DNA from: Lama glama
Taxonomy: Eukaryota
Assembly (NCBI GenBank): GCA_028534125.1
Contig: CM052832.1
Coordinates: 11,596,001 to 11,660,000 of the forward strand
Reading direction: 5' to 3'
Length of the DNA: 64,000 bases
Shown: piece after piece, positions 50,761 to 62,987 of the stretch
Layout: every line of letters begins with the position of its first letter
Numbering within the stretch: the stretch's first letter is position 1
Translations under genes and position numbers: made by a program
Notes under the pieces: generated by a model
Seen by the model: only the letters and a program-made list of their open reading frames with translations
Databases searched by the model: none
Told to the model about the DNA's origin: nothing

Positions 50761-53700
50761 CCCTCAGGAGGACCCTGCAGGGGGCTTTGTAGAGAGATGG
50801 GGGTCAGATCACACTTGGAGGCAGCGGGGCCACGTTTGAGTGGGAATGAGGTGGGTTGTAATAAACAGGCAGGGAGTGGAGAGACTCAGCTGCCACCCCC
50901 TCGTGCAGGAGAATTACCACCACCTAGTACCCTTCTGGGTTTGTTTTTAGGGTTTTTTTTTTTTTCATTAGTGAAGAGGTTTACAATTTAACCATCTGGT
51001 CATCTTAAACAAATTATAATAAATGAGTAGGCTTAATAATCCCTTATCATTGGAACCCTAGCCTTCAAGGATGGGCAGTTACTTATTACCCGGAGCTGCC
51101 AGCCACAGGTGAAGGAAGCGGGAAAGGAGGAAGGAGCAGATGAAGAGGCCACTTTCTTGGGGCCCCTGGGTGGGGAGAGTTTGCTGGTGGTCTGGGGTGC
51201 AAGTCCTCTGCAGGGTGAGGTGAGGATATCGGCCACAACCTTCTCTCAAGCGCACAGGTGTACCTGGGAGGGATGAATGTGGCACAGTCAGGGGCAGGTT
51301 TCGTCCCATAGGTGGGGAGCCTAGGGGTGTCGGTTGAGGGAAGCCTTGTCCTCAGGATCCCAGCAAGGGAGCCCAGGGCAGGCAGCTGTGTCTGGAGGAA
51401 CAGAGCTGTGGCAGCCCCGAGGGCTCAAGAGAACTTCGTGGAACAGAGCATTCTTCCTTCCCACTGCTGGAGGAGCTGCAAAGCAGGGGCATGCCCAGGA
51501 GGACCTGTGGCCCTCGACCCTGACATCCCTCCTGGGCCCCCACCCCTCGCCACTCACCTGCCTCCTTCCTCCAGAACTATGATGGTTCCAAAGTCTGCCA
51601 TGCAGCTGACTCACCATGTCTAGGACCTCTAGGGGCTCTGGCCTTGCAGACAGATGGGTGGTGTGAGGTGAATAAAAGACATTGGGGCAGAGAAACACAA
51701 AGCCATCAAGCCAGGCTGCCGGCACCTGCCAGGACTGCCCACCTTGTCCAGCCAGAACCCACATTAAATGTAACACCAGTGCCCACCTTCGTGCCCTAGA
51801 AGGCATGGTTGTAGACGGCATACATCTCAGAGACTTGGTTCTTCATTTGGCAAATACTGAGTACCTGCTAGTGTCAGGTTCTGTGCTGGGGATGAGGGAT
51901 GAGTGAAATCTCTGCCTTGAGAGCTCCTAGTCTGGGGGAGGTAAGTAGTCAGCCAGATAACAGATACCTAATGGCATGTCACAGGGTGGTAAGCACTGTC
52001 CCAAGCCCTGATCTTGCTGGTGACAACTAGCCAGTTCTGTGTCCACAGCCCTGGAGGCCCTGTGCCTCCAGCACAAACCTTCAGAACAGAGGTGGCCTCC
52101 TCTTCCTGCTCTTCTTCCCAGTTCACTTTTCCGCCCAGTGTACACCCTGTTCGCACAGCACTGAGCCGTGTGTCGTTTCACGTAATCTGCACCCCAACCC
52201 GAGAAAGTCTTGGTACCTTCCACTTTCCAGAGACAGAAAGTGAAGCTCAGAGAGGTGAGAGGACATGTCCCAGGTGACCTGCTGGTGGATGGTGGAGCCA
52301 GGAGTTGAACTCCCCTGTGAGAGCTCCAAAGCCAGGGCCTTTTCCCCTCTTCCCCTGTGCTGTCCAAGGAGGGTCCCAAACTTGACGTTTGTGATTTTGC
52401 AGTGGATTAGCCATCCCAGGTTTGTTGTCCAGGCTAATGTGTGGACGAGGGCTCTGGAGGACAGAAAGCAAGCTGGTGCAGCGTGGGGCCGCTGAGCTGC
52501 TGATGAACCAGATCTCGCCCAGGTCATCAGCTGGGATGGAGAGATGACAAGTCAGCAGGCGGCCTCCTTTGTGGCCTGCTTGAGGGCTGTTTGTAGAAAT
52601 CTTGAGGGGCTGGTGACTTCCCATGTTTGCTCCTTCCACGCCACTGCCAGGTTGGGGTAAACCTAAGGCTTCTCCAGGGGAGGGGGGTTGGCAGGGTTTA
52701 CAAGCACATGCTCATTCTAAATCCTAAATAATCTCAAGATTGGATCCATGGGTATGACTGCACACCTGTTTATAGCCTGCATCACCTCACCCGTGTCTGC
52801 CTGTCTGCTGTCACCCTCCCTGCTCCACTTCAGTTGGCATTTCTTAGCAAGGTCCCTGGAGGGGGGATGAATGGTCTGTTTGGTGAAAAGAGCCCTCAAC
52901 TGTGAGTCTGGCTAATTCTTCTCTGTGCTTTGTCATCAGCTTGCTGTGTGACTCTACCGTATCACTAGCCCTCTCTGATCAGCTTCCTCATCTACAAAAT
53001 GGCAATAATAATATCCATTTTACCTGCCTTGCCTACAGGGTGTCAAATGAGATTAGGGCCAGAGGAGTTGTAGGTATGAGAGGTGCCTATGGATGAGGTT
53101 TTGGCAGGGAGGAGGGAGAGGCTGACTCTGTCATCCTTAGCCTTGTTACAGAGGAGTTGAAGGGGGCCCAGAGAGGTTTGCTGGCTTGCCTGGAAAGGAA
53201 AAACCGGGAGGCGAATCCTCTGTAGGGACCTCTCACTCCCTAGTGACCCACCCCCTGTGGGGAACATGCACACCTGGCATGTTCGTGGGGATCCAGGCTG
53301 ATGACTTTCCTGCCCTTGAGTTGTTGACTCCCTAGTTGGGAGATGTCTCTTGGCATCAGTCAAATCAGAAAGATGTGAGACACTCCAGGACCTGGATTCT
53401 GGGGGCAGCTCATGATTCCAGGCCCCAGGCCGAGCATCCCAGACAGGAAAGAGATACCAGCACAGGGCTGTGGGCCGGGCCGCAGCCATCCCAGAGCAGG
53501 GCAGTGGCTGTGAATTGAGGGTAGAGAAATTGCAGGTGGTTGAAGGGTGGCCCTCTTGTCCTTTTAGCCTCACTGGACGTTCTACCTGTCCCAAGTCCTT
53601 CAGAAGATGAGGCAGGGGGTGAATTTTGTGTGTGTTTGCTGGGGAAGGGTCTCTAGCCTGCTCCCCGGGGCCAGCTCTCAGGCAGCAGCGCTGTAGGGCC

Positions 53701-54273
53701 CTTGACATCCCCTGCATCTGCACACAGAGGGATTTCCAGTCTAACTCATGGGTTCAGCCCTCCAGGTGCCTGAGAACTGACATCCCATCCTGAGCTCAGA
53801 CCCCACCAGCCCTTCTCTGTTTGCTTTAGCCAAACCCGCAGCCCTCCCAGGTCAGTCAGTCCCTGCAGGGCGCTGCCCTGGCCTCAGCTCTCATGGGAGG
53901 GACTCCCGCTGCCCCGGGGGTTGGGGGGATGTTACCGTCCCAGCTGAGAACAATGGGGGCAGGGTCACCTGCCTTGTTTTCATTGTCCCTCCTGAGTGCA
54001 GACAGGGCTCCCGGGCCTGAGAAAGTCGGAAACCCAGAGGTTTCTGCTGAAAAGGCGCTCACCTCTGGCACGGGCTTTCCCCATGAGCGTGAGACCTCGC
54101 AGTGCCTCTGAGCTCTGCAAAGACTGCTGAGAGATGGCCCAGGAGGGCCTGCAAGGGGAAGCCCAAGGGTGGACGGGAGGACAGTCGTGTCCACGGCTGC
54201 CGTGCTGGCTCCAGTGGCTGGGCTGGGCTAGACTTTCCCCATGACCAGAAGGGAGGGCGGTTTGGATCTAGGA

Positions 54274-54455
54274 AAGTGGTTTTGAAATTGGCTGTACACG
54301 GTATTAGTCACCTGGGGCAGCTTAAAAGCATCTTAGTTCTCAGTCCACACCCCAGGCCATTTCTGTCTGAATCCCTGGGGGTAGGACCCAGGCATGATGA
54401 TTTCCTCCAGCCGCCCCAGATGATCTGCATGTGCAGCCCAGGTTAAGCAGCAGTG
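54274..54455. mobile_element. MER5-like hAT DNA transposon
   Basis: AGTGGTTTTGAAATTGGCTGTAC...TCACCTGGGGCAGCTT...CCCCAGATGATCTGCATGTGCAGCCCAGGTTAAG. Confidence 0.7.
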
Positions 54456-57400
54456 GTGTAGTGACCCCTGACGTGTGTGTTGGCGGTGGGGATGGGATAC
54501 CACTTTCCACCTTGCCTGATGAGGGTGCGTGTGTTTCTGGGGTTGGGGGTTTAATCTAGGTGTGACCGACACTGCAAGGGTCTGCATTTACACTCAGGTA
54601 GCCTGGCTTGCTGGGGACTCAGGAGGAGCTGGAGCTGGTTGGCCAGTGAGCTGAGTCCTGAGAATGAAAATACATTTTCTCGAATGTGCTGTGGATTCCC
54701 CAGGAGCTTGGGAGGTGCTGAACTGGGCCCAGAAGCATGGTCTGGGCAGAGGGAAATGTGAATTGTAGAGAAGTGTCACCTGCCCAGGCAGGAGCCCCGT
54801 AGTCATGGGCCAACCTCCTCATTTTACAGAGAAGGCAAGTGGGCAGGGGGGCAGCGGTTCCTGGAGAGTCTTAGCAAATTGGCCGAGCTGAGCTGAACCC
54901 AGGTCTTCAGTCCCTACATTGACATCCTAGCATACCAACCAGGTCTCCAACAATTTGTCCGTCTTTCTTCTAAAAACCTTATAAATATCCGGGTAGGCAC
55001 TGGCGCCTATCTGAAAATGCAGATAAGCAAAACAGGTTAACAAAGTCCATATGGCAAGAGCCGAGAGGTCTGGTCTTAGCTGAGACGCGGTGAGGCCCTG
55101 CCCCTCTGGTCCCTGCACCTGCCCCGCAGACACCTGCTCCCTGCCTGGGAGAGACGGGGCCCGGGTGAGCCGGGCTGCAGCTGGCACAGGTGTCAGGGTG
55201 GTACCATTGGGCCCTTGCCAGTGCCGTGCTCATAAACTGGGCCTGCCCTCCAAGCCACACCTGGTTACCTGGGCTGCGGGGAGGGGGCGGGGGAATACCG
55301 AGGATGCCTTCTCCTTGCCGGTGCATCCTCCCTCCTGGGCGGATGGGGAGCTGGAAGGCCGAGCCCAACGCCCACACTGGGCAGTGGGTGGCTGAATCAC
55401 CTGCGGACCTTGTTAAGGAGCTTGTTAACTGCGCGGCGCTCAGGTCACCTGCACGGAACACCTGTGAGTGGGGCACAGGCAGCGTATTTATTTAAACTCA
55501 GGGTGGTTCCACTGGGCAACTGGGACTGAGAGCCCCTGCCTCAGGGGCTAGGTGGTTTCTGAGGTCTCTGAGCCTCAGTTTCCTCAATCTGAAAACAATC
55601 CCAACTTCCCTTCCCCACCCCCAATTAAGGAAGGTTTGAGAAGCTGAGTCAGCCTGAGAGGGAGAGTGAGAGGTAGTGAAGATGACTGAGGGCTTGGCCA
55701 GTCGTCTCCGTCCTGTAATTTGTCTTGGGAATAGAGAGGTGACAGGTGCTTGCCTTCTCTCCAAGATAAATTTGGATCTGCCAACAGTTCCCCAAAGACG
55801 ATCAGGGGGAGGGCCAGCCACTAGCCCCCGGGCTCCCTGCTTCCCCCGTCAAACCGCTGCAGGGAGCCCCAGTACCTGGGATCTGGGGTCCTCCCCTCCC
55901 CTCTTTATCTGTTCATCAGCTCGTGGTGTTAAAGAATTTGAAAAAGATGGTTCTAAACACGCCCCAACTCTAAGTGTATATGCTTGAGAAGTGCCTGTGG
56001 TATGTTTACTAATCTCCACTTCTGTCTGTTCTGGTCAGAACCACCCCTCTAACTCCCCGTGGGGCCTTGACCCCACCCTGGGCCCCCTGCCCTGAGGGGG
56101 TTCTTTCTTAGAGACTAGGTAAACATAGACAGACGTAGACACACGGGGAGAGCCCAGCCCGGAGACCAAGGGCGGGTGGGCCTGGACTGCATTGTGGGAA
56201 GCTGGGGGCAGCGTGGCCAGGGCTTTAGGACTGGAGTTCAGAGACGCTACCATGCCAGGCCTCAGCCTCACTGGCCAGCACAGTGAGGGGACCAGTGTGT
56301 GGCATCCTGCTTTGCTTGGCTCTGTGGAAAACCTGCCAGGGTGGCTGGGAGCCTCTGGCAGGCAGAGATCAGGGGAGATAGGCCTTCTGAGGGATGGAGT
56401 GCCACGTCCTGGGTGTGCCTGTTTCCCTGTCCTCTGCTGCCTCAGAGAGAGCCTTAACACACACCCCGACCCCCAGGCCCCCTGACTCCAACTTTTGGGG
56501 CCCGGGAACTCCTGCCTGCTGAGCCCCAGTTCCCCTGTACCCCCCGTGAATTTTTTTGGTCCTCTCCGTGTGGAGAAGTCACCCCCATGCCCTGAGGGAG
56601 CAGACCTGATGGTTCAGACTGAGAAGGAGTTGTCCTTGTTAGAATAGGAACAGGTGGGAAGAGGTGAGGAAGCCCCGGGACAGAGTCCCTGTCCTCACCC
56701 AGCCTGTCCTCCGGGTGCAGAGCAGTAAACCCTCTGCCCTTTGATTTACCTCTGGGGACAAGTGATTTCCCCCAGGGTCTCAGATTGCCGCTGGGTCTGG
56801 TTTCCTGAAGGACACACACAAAGCAGTCATAACACTGGTTGTAGGTACATTTATTCAGTGTTTACAGCATCCTAGGTACTCTTCATGTGTTTGGAGTAGG
56901 GGTTATTTTTGGCAGATGGAGAAACTGAAGCTGATAGGCTATTTATCCAGAGACTCGATACCAGCAATTGAGAGAGGATCCCCCGCAAGTCTCACCCAGG
57001 TCAGCCCCACATTTCCATGAGCCTCCACCTGGAAGAGGGACCAGTTTGGTTTGAGAGAGAGCCCTGCCGCTCCTCTTCATATTCCTTTTCCTGCTCTCTG
57101 AACATCCACTGGCCCCTAGGAGAGGACCAGAGGGGACAGGCCCCCCCTTCCTGCAGGAAGGACAGCCCCTCCAGTCACCCCAGGGACTCTTCCAGCCCCA
57201 CTGCCACTCACTCTTGGACGAGGGGGCTTTCACCTTCCTCCCTCACCTCGCCCCTTTCCAGCCCCTAACCCCCAGGACTTTCAGCCCCCTGCCCTCTGTT
57301 CATCTCAGCCTGGTGGACCACCCCCTCCCTCTCCATACCAGTAGGATGCTGGTGGTTCCAGCAGCCCTGCATCCATCCCCTGACCTTGCCAGCTCCACTC

Positions 57401-60400
57401 TTGCTGGGGTCTGACTCTGCCTCCCACCCTCTTGCTGGATAAAGGCTCGCCCCTTGTTGCTGATGAATTTAAGTTAAACCCACCTGCAGAATAATGCCGG
57501 GAAGGTCTTGAAGGAAGGACGTGAGAAGGTGAGTCAGTCGAGGTCAGAGTATTCCCTCATTCATTCAAGTTCATTTACTCACTTATGTGACAAATGTTTT
57601 TTGAGCACCTACTATGTGCCAGGCAGTGATCTAGGCTCTGGGAATGCCGCAGATAAACGTCCAGCCCTTGTGGAACTTACCTTCTCGGGCAGTCTGCATT
57701 CCTGCAGATCTTTTTCTTGCATTTGCCTGGGAAGTTGTGTTCTAGAGACCTGACTTCACTCCTGTAGCTGAGAAGCCCACCCTGCAGCGCCCACCTCTCC
57801 CCAACTATGGACAGCACAGGGGTTAAGAGCCAGACTACCTGGGTTCACTGCCGAGCAGTTTACTTCATGAGTCTCTGTGCCTCATTTTCCTCAGCTGTAA
57901 ATGGGCTAATAGAACCTACACTACAAGGTTGTAAAGACTCAACAAGCTGAGCGATTTAAATGCTCTGACGAGTGCCTGTTGTAAAATAAATGCTCAAATA
58001 TCAGCTCCAATCCAAATATGAGCTGTCACCAGCTATGACATGAGGAGTAATAAACCATGCCCCACCCACTGTCAAGGTGGCTGGGAAGGTCAGGTGAGGA
58101 AGGATAAAGGTTTTTCCTAGGCTGCCTCGCACCGTGCACACTCCACGATTGGCCTCGTTTCCCTTCAAGACCAGAGGGACCAAGTGAGCAGAGGTGGGAT
58201 GTGTAAGGGGTGGATGCAGCCGGGATGGTGAGGAATGTCCCTAACACCAGGGGTCCAGTGAAGACTGGCATCCCAGAGCATCCTTGAGGCCGCATCCTAC
58301 GTAGCAAGAAGGGGCTCTGTGATCCAAGTGTGAGGTCTGACCCAGGAGCTGGAGGCAGGGCAGGGAGTGGCCCTGTGCGTGCCACTCAGCTGCAGTCCCC
58401 AGGCAAGGCCACCACCCTGACTGGTTTGCCCCACCCAACCTGATGAAGGAAAAGGCTGGACCTCAGCCCCACTGCCCGTGTCTGCAGGTGGGCACCAGGT
58501 CCTGGATGTGCCCTCTCTGGAACAGCCCACTGGGTGGGATGAACCTTCAGGGAGGGGAGGCCTGGCAGCTATCTCTGCACAGGAAACCCCGGGTCCCCAG
58601 GGGATGAGGCGCTCTGGTCAGGGCAGCCCCTGAAGCCAAGGCAGGGGCATGAATGTTGCCTCCTGGAGGGCTCGAGTCCTAGTGGATGGACTGGTTTTAG
58701 GGCACTGTGTTTCTAGCTGGCGCAAGGGGGTGGAGGTGTGAACTGGCCTCCTTCCTGTGGCCTGTGTGGGGCGGCGGTAGGGTAATAGCTGCCAGGACCC
58801 AGATGGGCCCGGGCTCCGCTCCTGGCTTCCTCACTTAAGGTCCTGACCGATAGCTGCTTACTTAACCTTCCAGCCTTAAATCCTTGTTTGCAAGGTGGAA
58901 AAAATTATGGTGTCTTCCCAGCATTAAATGAGCTGAAGGCATATAAAGTGCTCAGCACATCTGGTGCATAGTAAGCCCTCAGTGAATCACAGCTGCTTTT
59001 TTATGAGAGTGAAAGGCGGGGAGCTCTGTTCCATCCCCAAACAAGAGCCGGGCAGTGTGTGGGATCCCCCTCTCCCATCACTCTCCAGGGTTGTGTGGAA
59101 AGTGAAAATACTGTCATGTGTGAATTGGGGAGCCAAGGTAAAGAACCCTGTGAGTGAACAGGGCCACCTCCTCCTGAGAAAGCTGTTTCCCTAACCCCCG
59201 GGGGAAGACAGGATGCTGTGTCTAATGGTTCTCCATGACTGTTCCCCTCACCCACGGTGACCTCAGTCCTGGATTACCCCTCTATTCTGGAAGACCTTCT
59301 CGACTGGCGGGACCCTGCACCTGACCATAACCCATGCGGCGTCCTAACCAGGGCCACAAGCTACATGGGGTGGGAGCAGGGAGCAGGCAGCCCAAGTTCA
59401 TTCACTTGCAGACCTCTGCTCCCCAAGCCTTGCTTTCTTCATCTGTCAAGTGACTTCTGCCAGCATCGCAGGAAGAGCCAGTTAGAAGATACGTGCAAAA
59501 GCCCTGGCAAGAAATGTCTGACTTACAGCGGCCCTGAAATCCTGCATCTCTCCCCAGCACTGGGATGGAGCCAAGCCGATTCCCAGGCCAGCTGTTTGGG
59601 ACCCATAGGTAGTGAGAAGGGTCCTGGGGGCATCCGGGGCAAGGAAAGCAGTGGAGGGAGGGAGGTGGAGAACTGTGCTGACTTGCAAGGAACAGTCTAG
59701 AACCCAACCCAGTTCTCCTACTTAACCTCTCAGCCTCAGTCTCCTGACCCGACTGGACGCGACTACAGCCACTGGACTGCTGTCAGGGCAAGTGGTGCTT
59801 CTGGTCTGGGGGGCTTGGGGCTCTTCAGAATGCCCCCTTCGCCTGCCTCTCTCTGCGTGACCACAGAGAGATGATGGAGATCAAGAGGACAGTGCACGAC
59901 AAGTCACAGATTGCCCTTGGCAAGCCAGTGTGTGTCGGTGGGAGCAGTGCGGCATGGCGGATGGGGCTGCCCTGTGAAGTACAGGGCATTTCGCCTCTCT
60001 GGTCCCGCCCACTTAATGCCAGAGGCACCGCCATCAACCACCAGAGGCGATGTGTGGGAGGACAGGGATTTCGTCACTTCACTGCTCTATCCCTGGTGCC
60101 TGGAACAGTGCCCGGCACTATGAGGCTCCCCATCAGGAGAGCATTTCAAAACACTTCCGGAGGGAGCTGCCACCCTAGTTGAGAACCCCTGTTCTCTCAC
60201 CTTCCACAGCCCTGATGTGTGCTGTTCACCTTGGGCCTAAACACTCTGCATTATCGGGAACAGATGCCTGCCAAGGGCAGTCCATTCAGAGGTAGCTTGA
60301 TACCAAAAAAGCCACCCGGTCCCCTCTTGGATCTTGGCCCACTGGTTAAATATCACGAAGCCGACACCCAGAGTGAACACACTGCCTCATGTGTGCCGAC

Positions 60401-62448
60401 CTGCAGAGGACAATGAGCTCCTTGCCTCCCGGCCCTGAACAGATAAGGTTTTGACACTGAGATTGTATTTACTTTTCTTTCGGCAGCAACCCTAATGTTT
60501 GTCGTTTTGTGGTCAGCTGAAACCCAAGGACTTCCCCTTTGACCCTGTACTGGTCGATCTCTTCTGACCCAAAGTGTAAGACATGAAAAATGTAAAAGAC
60601 CTTAGCCATATCTGGTTAGTTTGGGCCCATTTTTCCAGTCCAAATGAGTCCCAAACTGCCATTGCAGTGTGTTTGCTATCGCCCCATCCCAGCCTTGTCC
60701 CAATTTTAAGTCCTCTGCAGATCAGATTGGTCATCCATCTGCATCCATTAAAACGAGGCCTAGGCTGTGGCATGATAACGGAGACCTCAGGCCAGGCAGA
60801 TAATGACCAGTACTTCTTGGGGTTGTTTATTTGTCTTTCTGCAGACCAAGCTCCACCCAGCGTTTCTCTGTCTGGTCATGTGAATATCTTTAAGCCCATC
60901 TGCTCGGCCTCCTTGCTGCTATCCAGATTGACTGCATTCCACCAAACTTCAAGGCTTTGCAGCCTCTTTGGAGGGGGAGATGCACTTCGCTGAGCATGAC
61001 TCTCTCTGGTGAACCTGTGCTAGTAGCTTCCAGTGCCCTCCACTTCCTTTTGGGATGAGCCAGACGTTCTGCTGTCTCCAAAGGGGAGTCAGCAAGAGTT
61101 CAGGTTTGAGCTCCCTTTGTAGGAGAAGGAGGGCAACCTGCCTTCCAACATCTTTCTGTTCCCCGAGATTCCACAGGGACGATCAGGGTGGTGCCCTGGT
61201 CATATCATTCCTCTGTCTGGGGCCACACACCCTGACGACCCTTCTCTACCCTTTTCCCCTCGAAGATGGATGTCCGAAATAACAAAGGCGGGGGCCAAAG
61301 GGAGCTGAGCAGGCCTGCTTTCCCTGCCATCTGTTTAACATTAACACCCGGGGCCCTGGGACTTTTCATTCTCCTCCTTTGAACATAAATTTCATGTTGT
61401 AGAAAACCTTGGGGGTGGACCTTCAGCAGCAGACCTGTAGGCCTCTTCGTAGCTGAACGTCCTGGTGCTTTGGCCAGCTCGACGGCCGCGCTCTGAGGGC
61501 AGGTGGAGGCAGGGCAGTGAGCCGTGTGGTCTGACGGCCTGTCAGAGGAGCATGTCATCATGGAAAATTCTTGACAGTCGAGTCTGCAGATCCGTTTACA
61601 CGGGCCTGCTGCTGCCGCTGCGAACTGCACATTCCTTCACAGCAACCCCCCTTCCCTCTTTTCCCACCAAACTTCAGTCAGGCCACAAGGAGTTCAGAAC
61701 TGTTTTTTCCTTCTCCCTCCTGCTTCCATCCATCACTCTTTCCTTGGGCCTAGGCTTGAGATTTAGAGGGAATTTGGCCGAGTTCCTGGTTTCTGGGCTG
61801 GATGGCCCATCCTGGGCTCTCCTTGGGGGCAGGGGGACCCCCGATTTAGAGTCCCTTCTGGTCCCTCTTTGGGAGCCTTCTTCTGAGGTCTGGGCCCTGC
61901 CGTTAGTGGGTGGGTTGAACAGAGGCAGCACCAAAGGATAGGGTAGAGGCAGGGTCTGGCCAGGTGCAAACAGGTTTGGCAGCTGTCAAGTGTTCCTGGA
62001 ACAGATAAGGAAGGCCTCCCCAGGGCCGCCTTGGTGACCTCTCACCTGCTGCCCACAGTTGCTGGGAGCTCTGTGGGGACCAACAGCACGGTTTTGAGTC
62101 ACTCTGAGAAGTACACACCACCTTCTGATGATCTGTCCTGGCCCAGGCGTGAAGTTGCTCAGCCCAGGGCAGAGAGAAAGAGTGCCAGAGAAGGGAGGGA
62201 AGGGGGAGCCTGTAGAGGGAGAGGATAGAGTCCCAGGCATGGGAGCAAGGAGTCCAGCTGATGTGCCTGCCCTGGGACGGCAGATCCAAGAGCTCACTGA
62301 GCTGACCTTAGCAGGCATCCTGGCTGAGAGTGAAAGGCATGTGGGGGTCCCTTCTACACCGACCGTGCAGTAGAACACTTCTCTATGGAGGTCCTCCTGG
62401 GTGTGTGCCTTCACATCTGCCTTCTTTCAAAGGCAGAATAGTCTAGTG

Positions 62449-62629
62449 CAGCGGTTCTCAAAGTGTGGTCCCTGGACCGTAACATCAGTGTCACCTGGAA
62501 ACTCATTAGAAATGCACATTCTCTGATCCTTCCCAGACCTACTGAATCAAATTCTGGAGGGGTTGGGGTGGGCAGCAGGCTGTATTTAATAAGCTCTCCA
62601 GGCGATTCTAGTAAGTTTGAGAAGCACTG
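62449..62629. mobile_element. MER5A-like hAT DNA transposon
   Basis: CAGCGGTTCTCAAAGTGTGGTCCCTGGACC...AGAAATGCACATTCTC...AAGTTTGAGAAGCACTG, with terminal inverted repeats. Confidence 0.82.
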
Positions 62630-62875
62630 GCTCAGTAAGAGAAGGGACTTTGGAGCCAGGTTGCCAGGGTTCATATTCTTATCAGCTGTGTGACCTCAGG
62701 CCAATCAGTTAATCCCTCTGATCCTCTATAAAATGTTTCATCGCCTATACATCAGAGACAGTAACTGCAGCCTTGTTATTGTAACGATTAAATAAGAATG
62801 TTTATGAGGAGGCTCATAAGGTGCTGCCGGTTAGAAAGCATCTGTAAGTCTGACCTTCACTGTGTCTCCTTTTAG

Positions 62876-62987
62876 ATAGTATCTGATGCTGCAGGACAGG
62901 GCGTGGCCATCACAGGGAACCAGACCTTCAACAACTGGAACTGGCCCAATGCCATGATTTTTGCAGCCACGGTCATCACCACCATCG
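62876..62987 (+). CDS. KCNK5: KCNK5 coding exon 2: end of cap, N77 glycosylation sequon NQT, pore helix 1 and start of the first selectivity filter (TTIG)
   Basis: Translates to IVSDAAGQGVAITGNQTFNNWNWPNAMIFAATVITTI(G), in frame with exon 1. Branch-like CTGAC at 62850-62854, pyrimidine tract and TAG acceptor at 62873-62875, donor G|GTAAGT at 62988; 112 nt. Confidence 0.97.

Larger units (their letters stand above)
33469..62875 (+). other. KCNK5: KCNK5 intron 1 (29,407 nt, GT-AG)
   Basis: Bounded by GTGAGT and TTTTAG; joining the flanking exons gives a continuous TASK-2 reading frame. Confidence 0.93.

Noticed and set aside
53043..53723. 226-aa antisense ORF in intron 1 (and the many other 60-180 aa ORFs in the track)
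   Set aside because: No recognisable domain and composition typical of GC-rich non-coding DNA; many of the other ORFs also have non-AUG starts or overlap repeats.
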